From: Azolla caroliniana
Taxonomy: Eukaryota; Plantae; Polypodiophyta
Direction: 5' to 3'
Length of the DNA: 64,000 nucleotides
Assembly: GCA_043228905.1 (NCBI GenBank)
Contig: JBHGNT010000022.1
Span: 1,736,001 to 1,800,000, forward strand
The position numbers and the translations under genes were made by a program. The notes below the pieces were generated by a model, which worked only from the letters and a program-made list of their open reading frames with translations, was not told where the DNA came from and did no database searches. Shown here in pieces: positions 1 through 12,800 of this stretch. The stretch's first letter is position 1; each line of letters begins with the position of its first letter.

Positions 1-955
1 TGTACTTAGGAGTGGAGGATCTACAATATCCCACTTAAGTACAAGGTCCTATTTAAGACGTTATAGTTAACAGTTCTGACTAGATTTTATCTAGGTAACT
101 TCGAAGTTACATTGTTGACTAATAAGCTAAACTAAATTGAGCTTGATCTCCCAACACGCCCCCTCAAGCTCGTGTGAGGCGTCCGACATCCGCTTTGGCT
201 TTTGTCGGCTTCATTTGCTTCAATCCGGCCTTCAGCTTTCTTCGCCGTGGCAATCTCGGTTCCTCCCCGTCAAGCCGGTGATGAAGGCTTGTCGTGTGTG
301 GGTGAAGGTTGACTACTTCCACCCATCCTGGGTTATGAGTTGCTTCGATGGAGCTCTTGGGATCTTGTTCGGCCGCTACCTTCATCATGAAGGCGTAATG
401 ATGGGCCATGTACTCGTTGTAGTCGTGCCGAGTGACGAGGTTCTTAGCTCTAGATGAGCATCAAAGCTTTTCGCTCGCCGATGTGAGTGCCTTCTTTACT
501 CCGGGTGTCCACAACATGGGCGCACCGAACTCACTGTCTAGTGAGGGAGCCGGCACATATGAATCACTGTCGTCGGGGTGATCGACTTCATATTCGGGCA
601 TCTTACCTTTGCCTTTGTCCAAGTTCGTACTTGGTCGTGACATGCTTGGGTCGCGTGGGGACTCTTGTGGCCCAATAGGCTTTGCTGTAATCAGACTTTC
701 TTTGAACATGTGTTCGAAGCGATCTCCATCTTCTACCTCTTGTTCGGCGGATTCGGGTCGAGCGGAGTCAGAGTCGTAGTGGTCTTTGGTGCGTACCAGG
801 ATACGGACTCGTCGAAGACTATGTCTCGACTTACCCGAACCGCTTGGGTACAAGGGTTGTAGCACTTGTATGCCTTCTTCTCGGACGAGTATACTATGAG
901 GATACATTCCTCCAACTTTGCGTTGGGCTTCTGTCGTTGTTGGTTCGGGATGCAT
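1..955 (-). mobile_element. Truncated Ty1/copia deletion derivative: 3' LTR (1-156, runs off window), PPT and integrase C-terminal/linker remnants, no RT/RNase H
   Basis: Minus-strand LTR start TGTTGGGAGATCAAGCTCAA at 156 is preceded by PPT CTTGAGGGGGCG (157-168). ORFs give KLEECILIVYSSEKKAYKCYNP and MAHHYAFMMKVA, matching the copia family at 59950+. Confidence 0.75.
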
Positions 956-959
956 CTCA

Positions 960-3900
960 CTGTGTTAAATCACTAATTGGAGTAAGCTAGCCAGCTGTAC
1001 TTTGTTCATGTGATTGTAACCACTTGAGATTGGTCTCCAGGCAGTAACCAAATTCGTGCTTCATTCAGCAAATCGACATTCGGGAGGATCAGTTGGATCC
1101 GTCCCTCTCATCGCTGCAGTCATCCGAAGTAGAATCGGCCCAAACAATCAGTTTCTTGTGATCAATAATCGGCATACAATCGGAAGCTAACTGGAGTCAC
1201 TCCAAGAAGATTCAACAAACAAGTATCCGAAACCAAACCGACTCAGGTTCAAGACCGACTAGAACGATATCGGGTGAGCCGACAGGCTGCACCCCACTAA
1301 GGTTCCTACTCAACTCCGAACAGAGTATTACCAACCGAAACCAAATCAGATGGCATCAACATCCGTCTCATTGGAGATGAGTCTAAGGAGGCTCGATGGT
1401 TCGAACTTCAACTTCTGGAAGTAACAAATGCAGAACTATCTCATAGTCAAGGGTCAGATAGACCCGATTGAGAATGAAAATCCTCCAGAAGCATACAAGG
1501 CAAATGAGTGTCTAAAGCTGGACAGAATCGTCTGTGCCACGATTCGGATGCACTTGTCGGAGTCAGTGTACTTCACAGTGCAATCATGCTCGACAACTTT
1601 TGAACTTTGAAAAACACTATTGGAAACTTATGAAAAGAAGGTTGCCGCAACGAAGATATATCTGATCCAGCGCCTCTACAACATGTGGATGAAAGAATCT
1701 AATTCGGTTCAGGCACTCCTCAACGAGTACGAAAGCCTAAGCTCCCAAATATCGTCTTAGGGGACGGCAATAGAGGATGAACTTAGAGCAATGATACTCA
1801 TGAGTAGTCTCCCCTCTTCTTGGGAAACTTTCGTCACAACCGTGTGCAATGCTTCAACAACTGCCATTAAGTACTCCGAAATCACGAGCGCAATCCTGAC
1901 TGAAGTAGCTCGGAGAAAGTCTTTTGCCAAAGACTCGGTAGATGAAGCTTACGTAGTACAAGGTTTGACCGACCGATCGAACAACCAGGGAAGAAGTTCT
2001 TCCCGACCGCGGAACAATCAACGAAGCCAGAGCAAGTCCCGGGACAACCGAATCTGCAACTACTACAAGAAATCGGGACACATCAAAGCCGACTGCCGAG
2101 CACTCAAAGCAAAAACCGACAAATCTCAGAGAGTGGATCAGAAGAGTAGCCGGCATGAGGAGGTCAACTACGTCGGTTCTTCAGTCGAAATTTTGACGAT
2201 TGACCCGAACATACTGTCCACAGAGAACCCACTTGAATCAGAAGTTTTGCTTACGACTGAGGAATTGAGCACATGGCTCTTGGACTCGGGCGCATCGTAT
2301 CATGTGACACCTCACCAATCTCAGTTTCGGCAATAGTCAGACCGGCACTCCGACTCAGTTTGAGTCGGGAACTCGCAAAACTGTGCCATAATTGGAATTG
2401 GCATCGTAGAGCTTAAACTTTCGGGTGGCTCTACACTCGTACTACACAACGTCCGACACGTTCCTGAGCTTTCAAGACCCTTGATCTCAGTCGGAAAACT
2501 TGAAGAAGCCGGCATCCGTGTCGGGTTCTCATCAGGAGGGTGGACACTCCACAAAGGGAACCTCCTGCTTGCTCGAGGACCAAAGGTACACTCATTGCAC
2601 CCCTTATATGTCACACTCAAAGAGGGTGACTTATTTTTGGTTGATATCCCCGTGTCATCTTTGTGGCACAGACGACTTGGACACCTCAGTAAGGCCGACA
2701 TAATGCACCTATTCAGAGCCGGTTACATCCACAAGCTCTCCTTCTCAGATCACCAATTCTACGACCATTGCCAGTACGGAAAGCAGGTAGCCGCATCACA
2801 CCCGACATCAGCACCAAGAGAATCGAGTCCCCTCAATCTGGTCCACTCGAACGTCTATGGTCCGATGCCACATCAGTCTCTCGGCGGTGCTTCGTACTTT
2901 CTCAGTTTTATTGACAACTCGACTCAGAAGGTGTGGGTTTACCCCATTAGAACCAAAGATCAGGTGTTCTTGATCTTCTCCGAATGGCTTGCAATGGTCG
3001 AAAACCAGATCGGTCGGAAACTAAAATGTCTCCAAACCAATAATGGAGGAGAATTCAAGTCTGAAGAATTCGTCAAATTTTGCGGGAACACGGCATTCAA
3101 CGTGAATATATGACACCCTATAGTCCGAAGCAGAACAATATTGCTGAACGCATGAATCAGACGATTCAAGAACGCATAGTATCCATGCCCCAACACTTCG
3201 GACTATCAGATGGCTTCTGGGCGGAGGCTCTAGTTACGACATATTACACATAATAAATATGTCACCAAGTAGACCTCTAGGACTTAAAATACCTCAGGAA
3301 ACATGGAGTGGCAGTAAGCCGAATTATGACAAGCTGAGGATCTTCGACTGCGAGGCGTATGCCCTCATACCGAAAGACGCCCGCCGGAAACTCGAACCAA
3401 GATCAAGGAAATGTGTTTTCCTTGGATATGGACCCGACGACGAGATTGGATGCCGACTCTGGGACCCCAAGCACAGACAAATCGTCCGAAGTTCGGATGT
3501 CGTGTTCAACGAGTCGGTTATTCATAAAACGGCCGAGAGGCCTATTGAAGTCTGAAGGGTAATATTTTCCGAAGTGTCAACCTTTCATGAAGGCCCAACC
3601 CACAACATGAGATCGGTTTCACGGGTAACCGACACCTCCTGTCCTGAATCCACTGATTCAGCACAGTCAAATGGCTCGGCTTCCGATCATCCGACACCTA
3701 TTACTGGGGTGACCAAACCAGTCATACCTCGAAGATCCGAGAGACTGTCGCAACCTCCGAAAAGGTACTCTCCCGGAATTTTCTTTACTAACGCCGGCGA
3801 ACCGACGTCCTACGAAGAAGCATCGGCATCTGCCGACTCAACCACCTGGCATCTGGCGATGGAGTCGGAAATGCACTTCATTCGCGCAAAACAAGACTTG

Positions 3901-5882
3901 GGACTTGGTCGAATTACCGGAGAATCAACGTGCTCTTCCGTGTAAGTGGGTCTATAGACTAAAAGAGACGTCCGACTCGACCAACCCAAAGTACAAGGCC
4001 AGATTAGTTGCGAAGGGATTTCAACAAGAATATGGCGTCGACTTCGACGAAATCTTTTCACTAACGGTGAAAATGACTACCCTTCATTTCATGCTCGGCG
4101 TCGTGGCCGTCAACAACTTGGAGCTGATTCAGCTAGATGTTAAAACGACATTCCTCCACGGTGACCTACAAGAGGAAATCTATATGGAGCAGCCGAAAGG
4201 CTTTGTGGTATCCGGCCAGGAACATCTAGTCTGTCGACTCAGGAAGAGTTTATACGGCCTGAAACAAGCACCCTGACAGTGGTACAAGAAGTTCGACGAC
4301 TTCATCCAGTCGGTTGGCTTCTCCAAGAGTGATGAGGACCATTGTCTCTTCACCAAAATAGCTCAACAAGGGTCTCCCGTTTTCCTCATCATTTACGTGG
4401 ATGACATGCTACTCTCCGGCCGACATGCCGGAGAGCTCACCGAACTCGTTCGGAAACTGCGGTTGAAGTTTGCGATGAAGGACCTTGGTCCAGCAAGACG
4501 CATACTTGGTATGTAGATCAGTCGGCATCGCGATAAACGACAACTCTTCTTGTCTCAAACCAACTACTACGGACGTGTCTTGGAACACTTTAACATGCAC
4601 TCGGCCAAGTTTGCTTTGACCCCACTCCCCATTAACCTTCGGTTGTCTCAGCGAGACTGCTCGACATCCGGTCCGGAGGGGGAAGATATGAAGTTGGTAC
4701 CGTATGCACCCGCAGTCGGCTCCCTTATGTACGCGTTGGTTGCAACATGGCCTGATATTTCTCACGCCATAAGAGTCGTTAACATATTCACGCACAACCC
4801 AGGCCGATCGCACTAGAATGTAGTGAAGCATGTGTTCAGATATCTAGCTGGCACAAAAGACCATAGAATTCTTTTTGGCCCGAACTCAACCTCAGGCGTA
4901 GTCAGTTACACCGACTCGGACTTCGCCGATTGCGTGGACAGTCGGAAATCAACAACCGAATATTGTTTCAAATTTGGCAATGGAGCAATCTCGTGGAAGT
5001 CAAAAGTTCAGGAGTGCACAGCCACCTCAATGACCGAAGCGGAATATGTAGTTGCGTCCAACGCGGCAAAAGAAGCTTTATGGCTCGGTTGGCTGGCGCA
5101 CACGTTTCGACAAGTCAACCTCGACTCGGCTCCAGTTGTCTACAGCGACAGTCAGGGTGTTGTTGCTTTGTCAAAAAATCCGGTTCACCACATAACCTCC
5201 AAGCATATCGACGTTCGATATCACTTTGTTCCGGACTGCGTCATTTTAGGGAAAATCGGACTCGAGAAGATATCCACAACCGATAATGTCGCAGATAGAA
5301 TGACCAATTGTCTTTCGGCGGATCGCTTCTGGTCCCTTCGGCACCAGATGGGTGTAACGAAAGATCGGTCCGGTTAAAGTCAGACGGACACACAACACAT
5401 GATGGTTTCGGACAACAGAAATTGGTCCTTTGAGGATCGGCTTCAGCTCTTCCGACCCGACCGGTTCGGTCTTCTGTCTTCAGATCTTGCCGACTCGAAC
5501 AAAACCGATCTTTCCGATAAACCTTGTATATACCTATAGTTTCAGATAACCCATGTATATGCTGATTATGGGGGAGAGTAGAATACGAGTGTATAATGGC
5601 CGTATTCACACTGTCCCTTTGGACAACCCAAGTTTGGGCTATTTTTGTAAATAGCATAAAGGGCAGTTGCCCTAGGATAGTCACTATATAAAGTGACTTT
5701 GTAACCTTTAGTAAGGGTGGTTGGTTGTCCTTTTGTAACTGTTGCTATTAAGAAATAAAATGTTTCTTTGTGCCTATCTCTCTCTCTCTCTCTCTTTGTG
5801 TATCTTGTTTATTCTCATACACAAGCCCTTCAACATTACAGATATTGTTTGTTCTTCCACACTGACGACCTTGTACACAACA
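960..5882 (+). mobile_element. Degenerate Ty1/copia element lacking its 5' LTR/PBS; same family as the intact copy at 9826
   Basis: Fragmented gag-PR-INT-RT-RH ORFs (1428-5377) are co-linear with ORF 10701-14714. PPT at ~5570; 3' LTR ~5577-5882 ends CACTGACGACCTTGTACACAACA, like the 9826 LTR end. Confidence 0.9.
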
Positions 5883-7992
5883 TTCCGGTACCGAGATCTC
5901 ACATCTCAAAGTTGATGGAGCTACTCAAACAAAAGGTGGATATGGGGATCCTTGAGATGTCGAGTGCCCCATACTCGAATAGGTGGTTTACGGTACCAAA
6001 GAAGAACGGTACACTGCGCTTTATTTAGGACCTCTAGCCGGTCAACAAGGTGACCATTCGAAACATAGGAATCGGGCCGACAATTGATGATTTTGCGTAG
6101 GCCTTCGCGGGAAGGTCGATCTACTCAATCGATGACTTGTAATATGGATATGACCAGTTCCACCTAGTTGTAGACAACAGGGATATCACAACGATGGAGA
6201 CCACTCTCGGCCTAGTTCGGATGTGTACCCTCCCGCAAGGAGAGACCAATTGGGTGACGCACATGGTGAATGCGATGAATAAAGTGTTGAGGGATTGCAT
6301 TCCAGAGATCACCATGCCATTTTTGGATGACATCATGATAAAGGAATGTCTGCATGAGGCAAAGGACGAATCAATCGGAGCGGTTGGATGCAGGAAATTT
6401 GTTGTGGACCACATCTCCAACTACGAGAAGGTACTGCGGAGGCTTGAGGGCGCTCGACTTACCTTCTCCAGGGAGAAGTTGGCTTTCGGACAATAGGAGA
6501 TCCTAGTTGTCAGTCACCTATGCAAGCCATATAGCTGGAAACCGTCTCCGGCGAAGGTAGAGGCCATCTCGACAATGAAGGAAGAGTGTCGGTCGGTCAC
6601 ATAAGTACGACGGTTCTTGGGCAGCGTGCACCTTCTACTAGATTTGGATCCCTCACTACGAGCATATCGTCGAGCCGCTCTATGACTGGAAATTCGAATG
6701 GGGCAATGAGCACACTGAGGCGGTTCGGAGGTTGAAGGAAAAGCTAACGGTGGCACTGGCTCTCCGAAAAGTAGTGTACAAGAAGAGCACTCCGGTTTAC
6801 GTGACGGTGGATACGAGTCCGACCGGAATTGGATGGGTGGTTAATCAGGAAGACGAGGATGGTGCGAGGTTCCCCATCTAGTTTGGTGCAAAGGTCCCGA
6901 GCAAACGTCAATGAGGATACGCCCAAGTTAAACGTGAACTTTGGGGTATTGTTTCGGCGGTTACAGTCGACAAAGCCTACTTTAAAGGGGCAGAAGTTGT
7001 AGTCGAGACAAACAGCTTGCCAATTCGTGGATGATTTCCGGATGCACGACTTCGGACCTGGAGATGCTCAGGGGGATCGCATACATTAAGTCCTTGAATC
7101 CGGAGATACGACACATCTCCAGAAAGAATAACGCCATGGCCGATATGCTATCAAGAGCAAGTTTTGACGATAAGGACGACATGGTTTCGAAAGACGAAGA
7201 GGTCGGCGTGAACATCTTCGAGTCCGTCCGATTGAGGGCGAACAGACAAAGCACTCTGGCCCTAAAAGAGTTCGACGTGAACGACTACAAAGGGGAGTGG
7301 CTCCTAATCGGCAGGTTCCTAACCACAATGGCACCGGATGCGGCATGGACCAGGGACGAAGCGAGCCGGATCTGGGAGAAGGCTTACCGATTCTTCCTCG
7401 GGATAGTAAAATTTGGAGACAGGGTTCCATGAATTGGAACGCCACTCCGGGGGGTGACAAAGAAGAAGGAGCAGATGATGCTCGTGATAGAGTTCCATGA
7501 GAGCCCTTGGTCTGGACAATGGGGCACATGGGCCACATTCCAGAAGTTGAAGGAGAAGTACGGGTGGTTGTCATGAACAGTACTGAGACAGAGAAGGAAT
7601 TAGTACTAAACGAAGGATTAGTACTATGAGAGGTGTGGAACTTCTTCGAGAGAAGGAAGAAGTGAGTGAGACAGAGAGAAAGACAGAGAGAGAGAGAGAG
7701 AGTGATGATAAGAAAGATATGTATTATATGAAGAGAATATACAATGGTGGCTAAAAGGCTTAAGACTGGCGTTGAACCAATTTGGTTCAACATAATGCCT
7801 AGTGCCCTCTTTTATAGTGTTTTCAGGAGTAATCCTGAAGCTTCTAGAATGTTCCAGAGAAATCTGGAATATACACTAATTTCCTATAATAAAATGTAAA
7901 TGAAAATAATATCCTACGTATTACAATAGATGATCTAATGGTCAAGAGCTCGACCCATATAACCTAAGGTCATGGGTTCGAGTTTTGCCATA

Positions 7993-9240
7993 TCATGACA
8001 CTATCCCCCCTTTAAAACGACGAGTGTCACGAGTCGTCTTGGATTGAGGACCTGGTTTGTGTGGATATTGACGATGGAAGTCTTCAAGAAGAGCACGAGC
8101 ATTGGTCACATTCTTGATCAGTTCCCAAGTACGTTCATTGGGGCTATAGCCTAGCCAATCGACTAGATAGCAGAGCTTGTTGCGAACAATCTTGGAATCA
8201 AGGATGGCGGCAACCTCGTACTCCGGCCCATCTTCAAGCTCGATCGAGGGTGGAGGTTGGGTAAGACGTCCTGGGATGGTGCTCTCGAGGTAGGGTTCGA
8301 GGAGAGAACTATGAAACACCGGATGTATCCGAAGTTGAGGAGGTAGATCGAGACGAAAAGCGACATCATTAATCTGTCCAATAATACGGAAAGGACCTAA
8401 TTGCCGATAATCTAACTTCTCACATGGACGAGTAGTCTTGATGTGTCGTCGTAGCAGCCACACCCGATCTCCAAGATTAAAAATCGGATGGAAGTCGATG
8501 ACGATCCGCGTAGACCTTGTGTGTTTGTTGAGCTTGTTGGAGATGAGTAGATAAATCTGCTTGTATCTTGCGTAACTGCTCCAAACGATCCTCCGCGCAC
8601 GGATTTGTGGACACCTCTGGGGTTTCAAGTACACTCCACCGGGGGTGACATCCTGTATAAGCATAAAATGGCATAACTTTAGTGGATGCGTGGATAGAGT
8701 TGTTATAGGCAAATTCGCCGAAGTGGAGAATATCTGCCCAGTCATCTTGATGATAGCTGAGAAGGCACTGCAGATATTGCTCCAACGTTTGATTTGTTCG
8801 TTCAGCTTGGCCATCGGTTTGTGGGTGGTAGCCGGAGGAGAGGTTACAAGTGACCTTGAGCACGTTAAAAAGGTGCTTCCAGAATTTTGACACGAACTGG
8901 GGTCCACAGTCGCTGATGATACTATCAGGAAGTCCATGATGCCGACATACTTCACGCATGACAATTTCGGCAGTGTCTTCACTGGAGATCTCCTTAGTAC
9001 ATGGCAAGAAATGAGCCATCTTCGTATATCGATCGACCACCGTTAGAATCGCATTGAACCCCTTAGAGACTGGAAGATCTATGATGAAGTCTAGAGCAAT
9101 GGATTGCCACGGCTTGCTTGGAATTGTTAATGGTTCTAATAAACCATATGGATGATGCCTTGGCATTTTCGCTCTACAACATGTATCACAAGTCCAAACA
9201 AAATCCTCGACAAATTGTCGCATACAGGGCCACCAGAATT
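7993..9240 (-). pseudogene. Chromovirus integrase plus C-terminal chromodomain (frameshifted)
   Basis: WQSIALDFIIDLP, GYHPQTDGQAERTNQ, GPF motif, and chromodomain EYEVAAILDSKIVRNKLCYLVDWLGYSPNERTWE. Confidence 0.92.
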
Positions 9241-9825
9241 GGCAGGCAGTTCGTCTCGATAATTACCTCTGTCCCGATTAGGTAGTCTTTATCGGCCTTT
9301 ACTGCCGAAATGATACCCCAGAGCTCGCGTTTAACCTGGGTGTATCCTCGTTGTCGCTTGCTGAGGACCTTCACGTCGAACCGGATCCGGAAACGCATAC
9401 CGTCCTCGCCCTCTTGGTTGACGACCCACCCGATCCCGGTCGGACTCGTGTCCACCGTTACGTAAATTGGAGTGTCCTTTCCGTAGACAGCCTTCCGGAG
9501 CGCCGGAGCTGCGGCAAGTGCTTCCTTCATCTTTCGGACAGATTCTGTATGCTCATCTCTCCACTCGAATTTTCGCCCCTTTTTCAACAACCCGTATAAC
9601 GGCTCCATATGTGGTAGAACACGCATGCTCCCAAGAACCTCCGAACCTCCGTGACCGACCTATAGTCGCGCTTCATCGCGGAGATGGCTTCTACCTTAGC
9701 CGGAGACGGTTTTCGGCCGTACGACCCGCATAGGTGTCCGACGACCATGATCTCTGATTGCCCGAAGGCCGATTTTCCCCCGGAGAAGGTGAGCCTCGCG
9801 CCCTCTAACCTCTGCAGCACCTTCT

Positions 9826-12800
9826 TGTCGAATACCTGTGTATAATGGACGTATTCACACCATCCCGTTTTGGCCATTTATGTAATTAGCATAAAGGGCA
9901 GTTGCCCTAAGTCGGTCACTATATATAGTGACCTTGTAACCTCTTTGTGAGGTTGGTTGTTGTATTATTTGCTTTATGAAATAAAGACTCTTTTGTGCCT
10001 CTCTCTCTCTCTCTCTCTCTGTGCAACGACCTACATTCTGTCATACGCAGGGAATAAACAGGAATCGAGTGCTTCTTGATCTTCCGCACTGACGACATTG
10101 CTTCCAACATCTGGTATCAGAGCTTGCACAGTAGTCGGTCCTTCAATCCGTTGTCGGCCGTCGTCTCTGCATTCGGTTTCCTGCGTCATTCGAAGAAAGA
10201 GAGAAGAAGAACAAAAACGAGGTTTGCACCTCATCGCGTTAGATCCCCTTGCTTGGAGTAAGCCAGCAGGTTGTACTCTGTCCCTTGTGATCGTAACCGC
10301 TCGAGGTGAAATCCCCTTGTGCAACCTTGACAACAACCCAAATTCGTGCTTCATCTGGCTGATCGACATTCGGGAGGATCAGTCGGATCCGTCTCTCTCA
10401 TCGCTGCAGTCAACCGAAGCAGAATCGGTCCCGATAATCGGTTTCAATAATCGGTATTCGGCATATATATCCGAAGCGAACCAGGCTCACTCCGACTCGG
10501 CGACATTCGGGAAGACCAGTCGGTTCTGTCCCTCAAGTTACCGGAATCAATTCGAGCAAGTTCAACAATACATATATCCGAAGCCGAACCGACTCGGGTT
10601 CAAATCCGACTAGAACGATATCGGGTGAGCCAACCGGCTGCACTCCAACAAGGTTCCCAGTCAACTCCGAACCGAGCTTTGTCAACCAAAACCGAATTTG
10701 ATGGCATCAACATCCGGCTCGTCAGAAATGAGTCTACGAAAGTTCGATGGATCGAACTTCAACTTCTGGAAGGAACAAATGCAGGACTATCTCATAGTCA
10801 AGGGACAAATCGATCCCATCGAAAATGAAGAACCTCCAGAAGGATACAAACCAATGGAGTGGCAGAAGCTGGACAGAATCGTCCGCGCCACGATTCGGAT
10901 GCACCTATCGGAATCGGTATACTTTACGGTGCAATCGTGTACGACAGCATTCGAACTGTGGAAAACACTGTCGGACACTTACGAAAAGAAGGTCGCCGCA
11001 ACGAAGATGTTTCTGATCCGGCGCCTCTACAACTTGCGGATGAAAGAATCCGATTCGGTTCAAGCACACCTCAATGAGTACGAAAGCATAAGCTCCCAAA
11101 TCTCGTCACAGGGGACGGCAATCGAGGATGAACTCAGAGCAATGATACTCATGAGCAGCCTTCCCTCATCATGGGAAACTTTCGTCACAACCGTGTGCAA
11201 CGCGTCAACCACGGCTGTTAAATACTCCGAAGTCACGAGCGCAATCCTGACCGAAGCAGCTCGGAGAAAGTCTTTCGCCAAAGACTCAACAGACGACGCT
11301 TACGTAGTACAAGGTTCGATAGACCGATCGAACATACGAGGAAGAGATTCCTCACGACCGCCGAACAATCAGCGAAGACGGAGCCAGTCACGGGATAACC
11401 GAATCTGCAACTATTGCAAGAAACCCGGACACATCAAAGCCGACTGCCGCGCACTCAAGAACAAGAACAACAAGAAGAGTGGCCGGCATGAGGAGATCAA
11501 TTACGTCAGCTCCTCAGCTGATGTACTACCGGACGACCCGAATATACTATCAATCGAAAATCCAGTCGGATCAGAAGTTCTGCTCACGACTGAAGAATCG
11601 AGCACATGGCTCTTGGATTCGGGCGCGTCATTTCATGTGACTCCTCATCGGTCCCAATTTCGGCAATATACGATCCGTCACTCCGACTCAGTTCGGGTCG
11701 GCAACTCACAACACTGTGACATCATCGGAATCGGCACAGTAGAGCTCAACCTTGCAGGTGGCTCTACACTTGTACTCCACAATGTCCGACATGTACCCGA
11801 GCTCTCAAGGCCATTGATCTCAGTCGGACAACTAGATGAAGACGGCATTCGTGCCGGTTTTTCTTCGGGAGGGTGGACACTCCACAGGGGGAACCTCTTG
11901 CTTGCTAGAGGACCCAAGATACACTCCCTGTATCCGTTACATGTTACGCTCAGAGAGGGTAACCTGTTTTTGGTGGATATTCCTGTGTCATCACTATGGC
12001 ACAGAAGATTAGGACACCTCAGCAAGGCCGGCATCACGCACCTATCTAGAGCCGGATACATCCCCAAACTCTCCTTCTCCGACCATCAATTTTGCGAGCA
12101 TTGCCAGTATGGCAAACAAGCAGCCGGATCACACCCGACATCAGCACCAAGAGAAACGAGACCTCTCGATTTAGTCCATTCGGACGTCTGTGGCCCAATG
12201 CCGCATCAGTCTCTAGGCGGTGCCTCTTACTTCGTCACTTTCATTGACGATTCGACTCGAAAGGTGTGGGCTTATCCGATTCGCACCAAAGATCGGGTCT
12301 TCTCGATCTTCTCAGATTGGCTCGCTATGGTAGAAAATCAAACCGACCGAAAGCTGAAATGCCTTCGGACCGACAATGGGGGAGAGTTCAAATCCGAAGA
12401 ATTCGTCAAATTCTGCCGACAACGCGGCATCCGACGTGAATTTACGGCACCACACAGTCCGGAGCAAAACGGGATTGCAGAACGAATGAATCGGACAATC
12501 CAAGAACGGATAGTTTCCATGCTCCAACACTCCCGACTGTCGGATGGCTTCTGGGCAGAGGCTCTACTCACGGCAGTACACATAATCAATATGTCGCCAA
12601 GTAGACCTCTAGGACTTCAAATTCCTCAGGAACTATGGATCGGCAGCAAGCCGAATTACGACAAGCTGAGGATCTTCGGATGCGAGGCGTACGCCCTTAT
12701 TTCGAAAGATGATCGCCGAAAACTTGCACCTCGGTCCAGGAAATGCATTTTCCTTGGATATGGATCAGACGGCGAAATGGGATACCGACTCTGGGACCCC

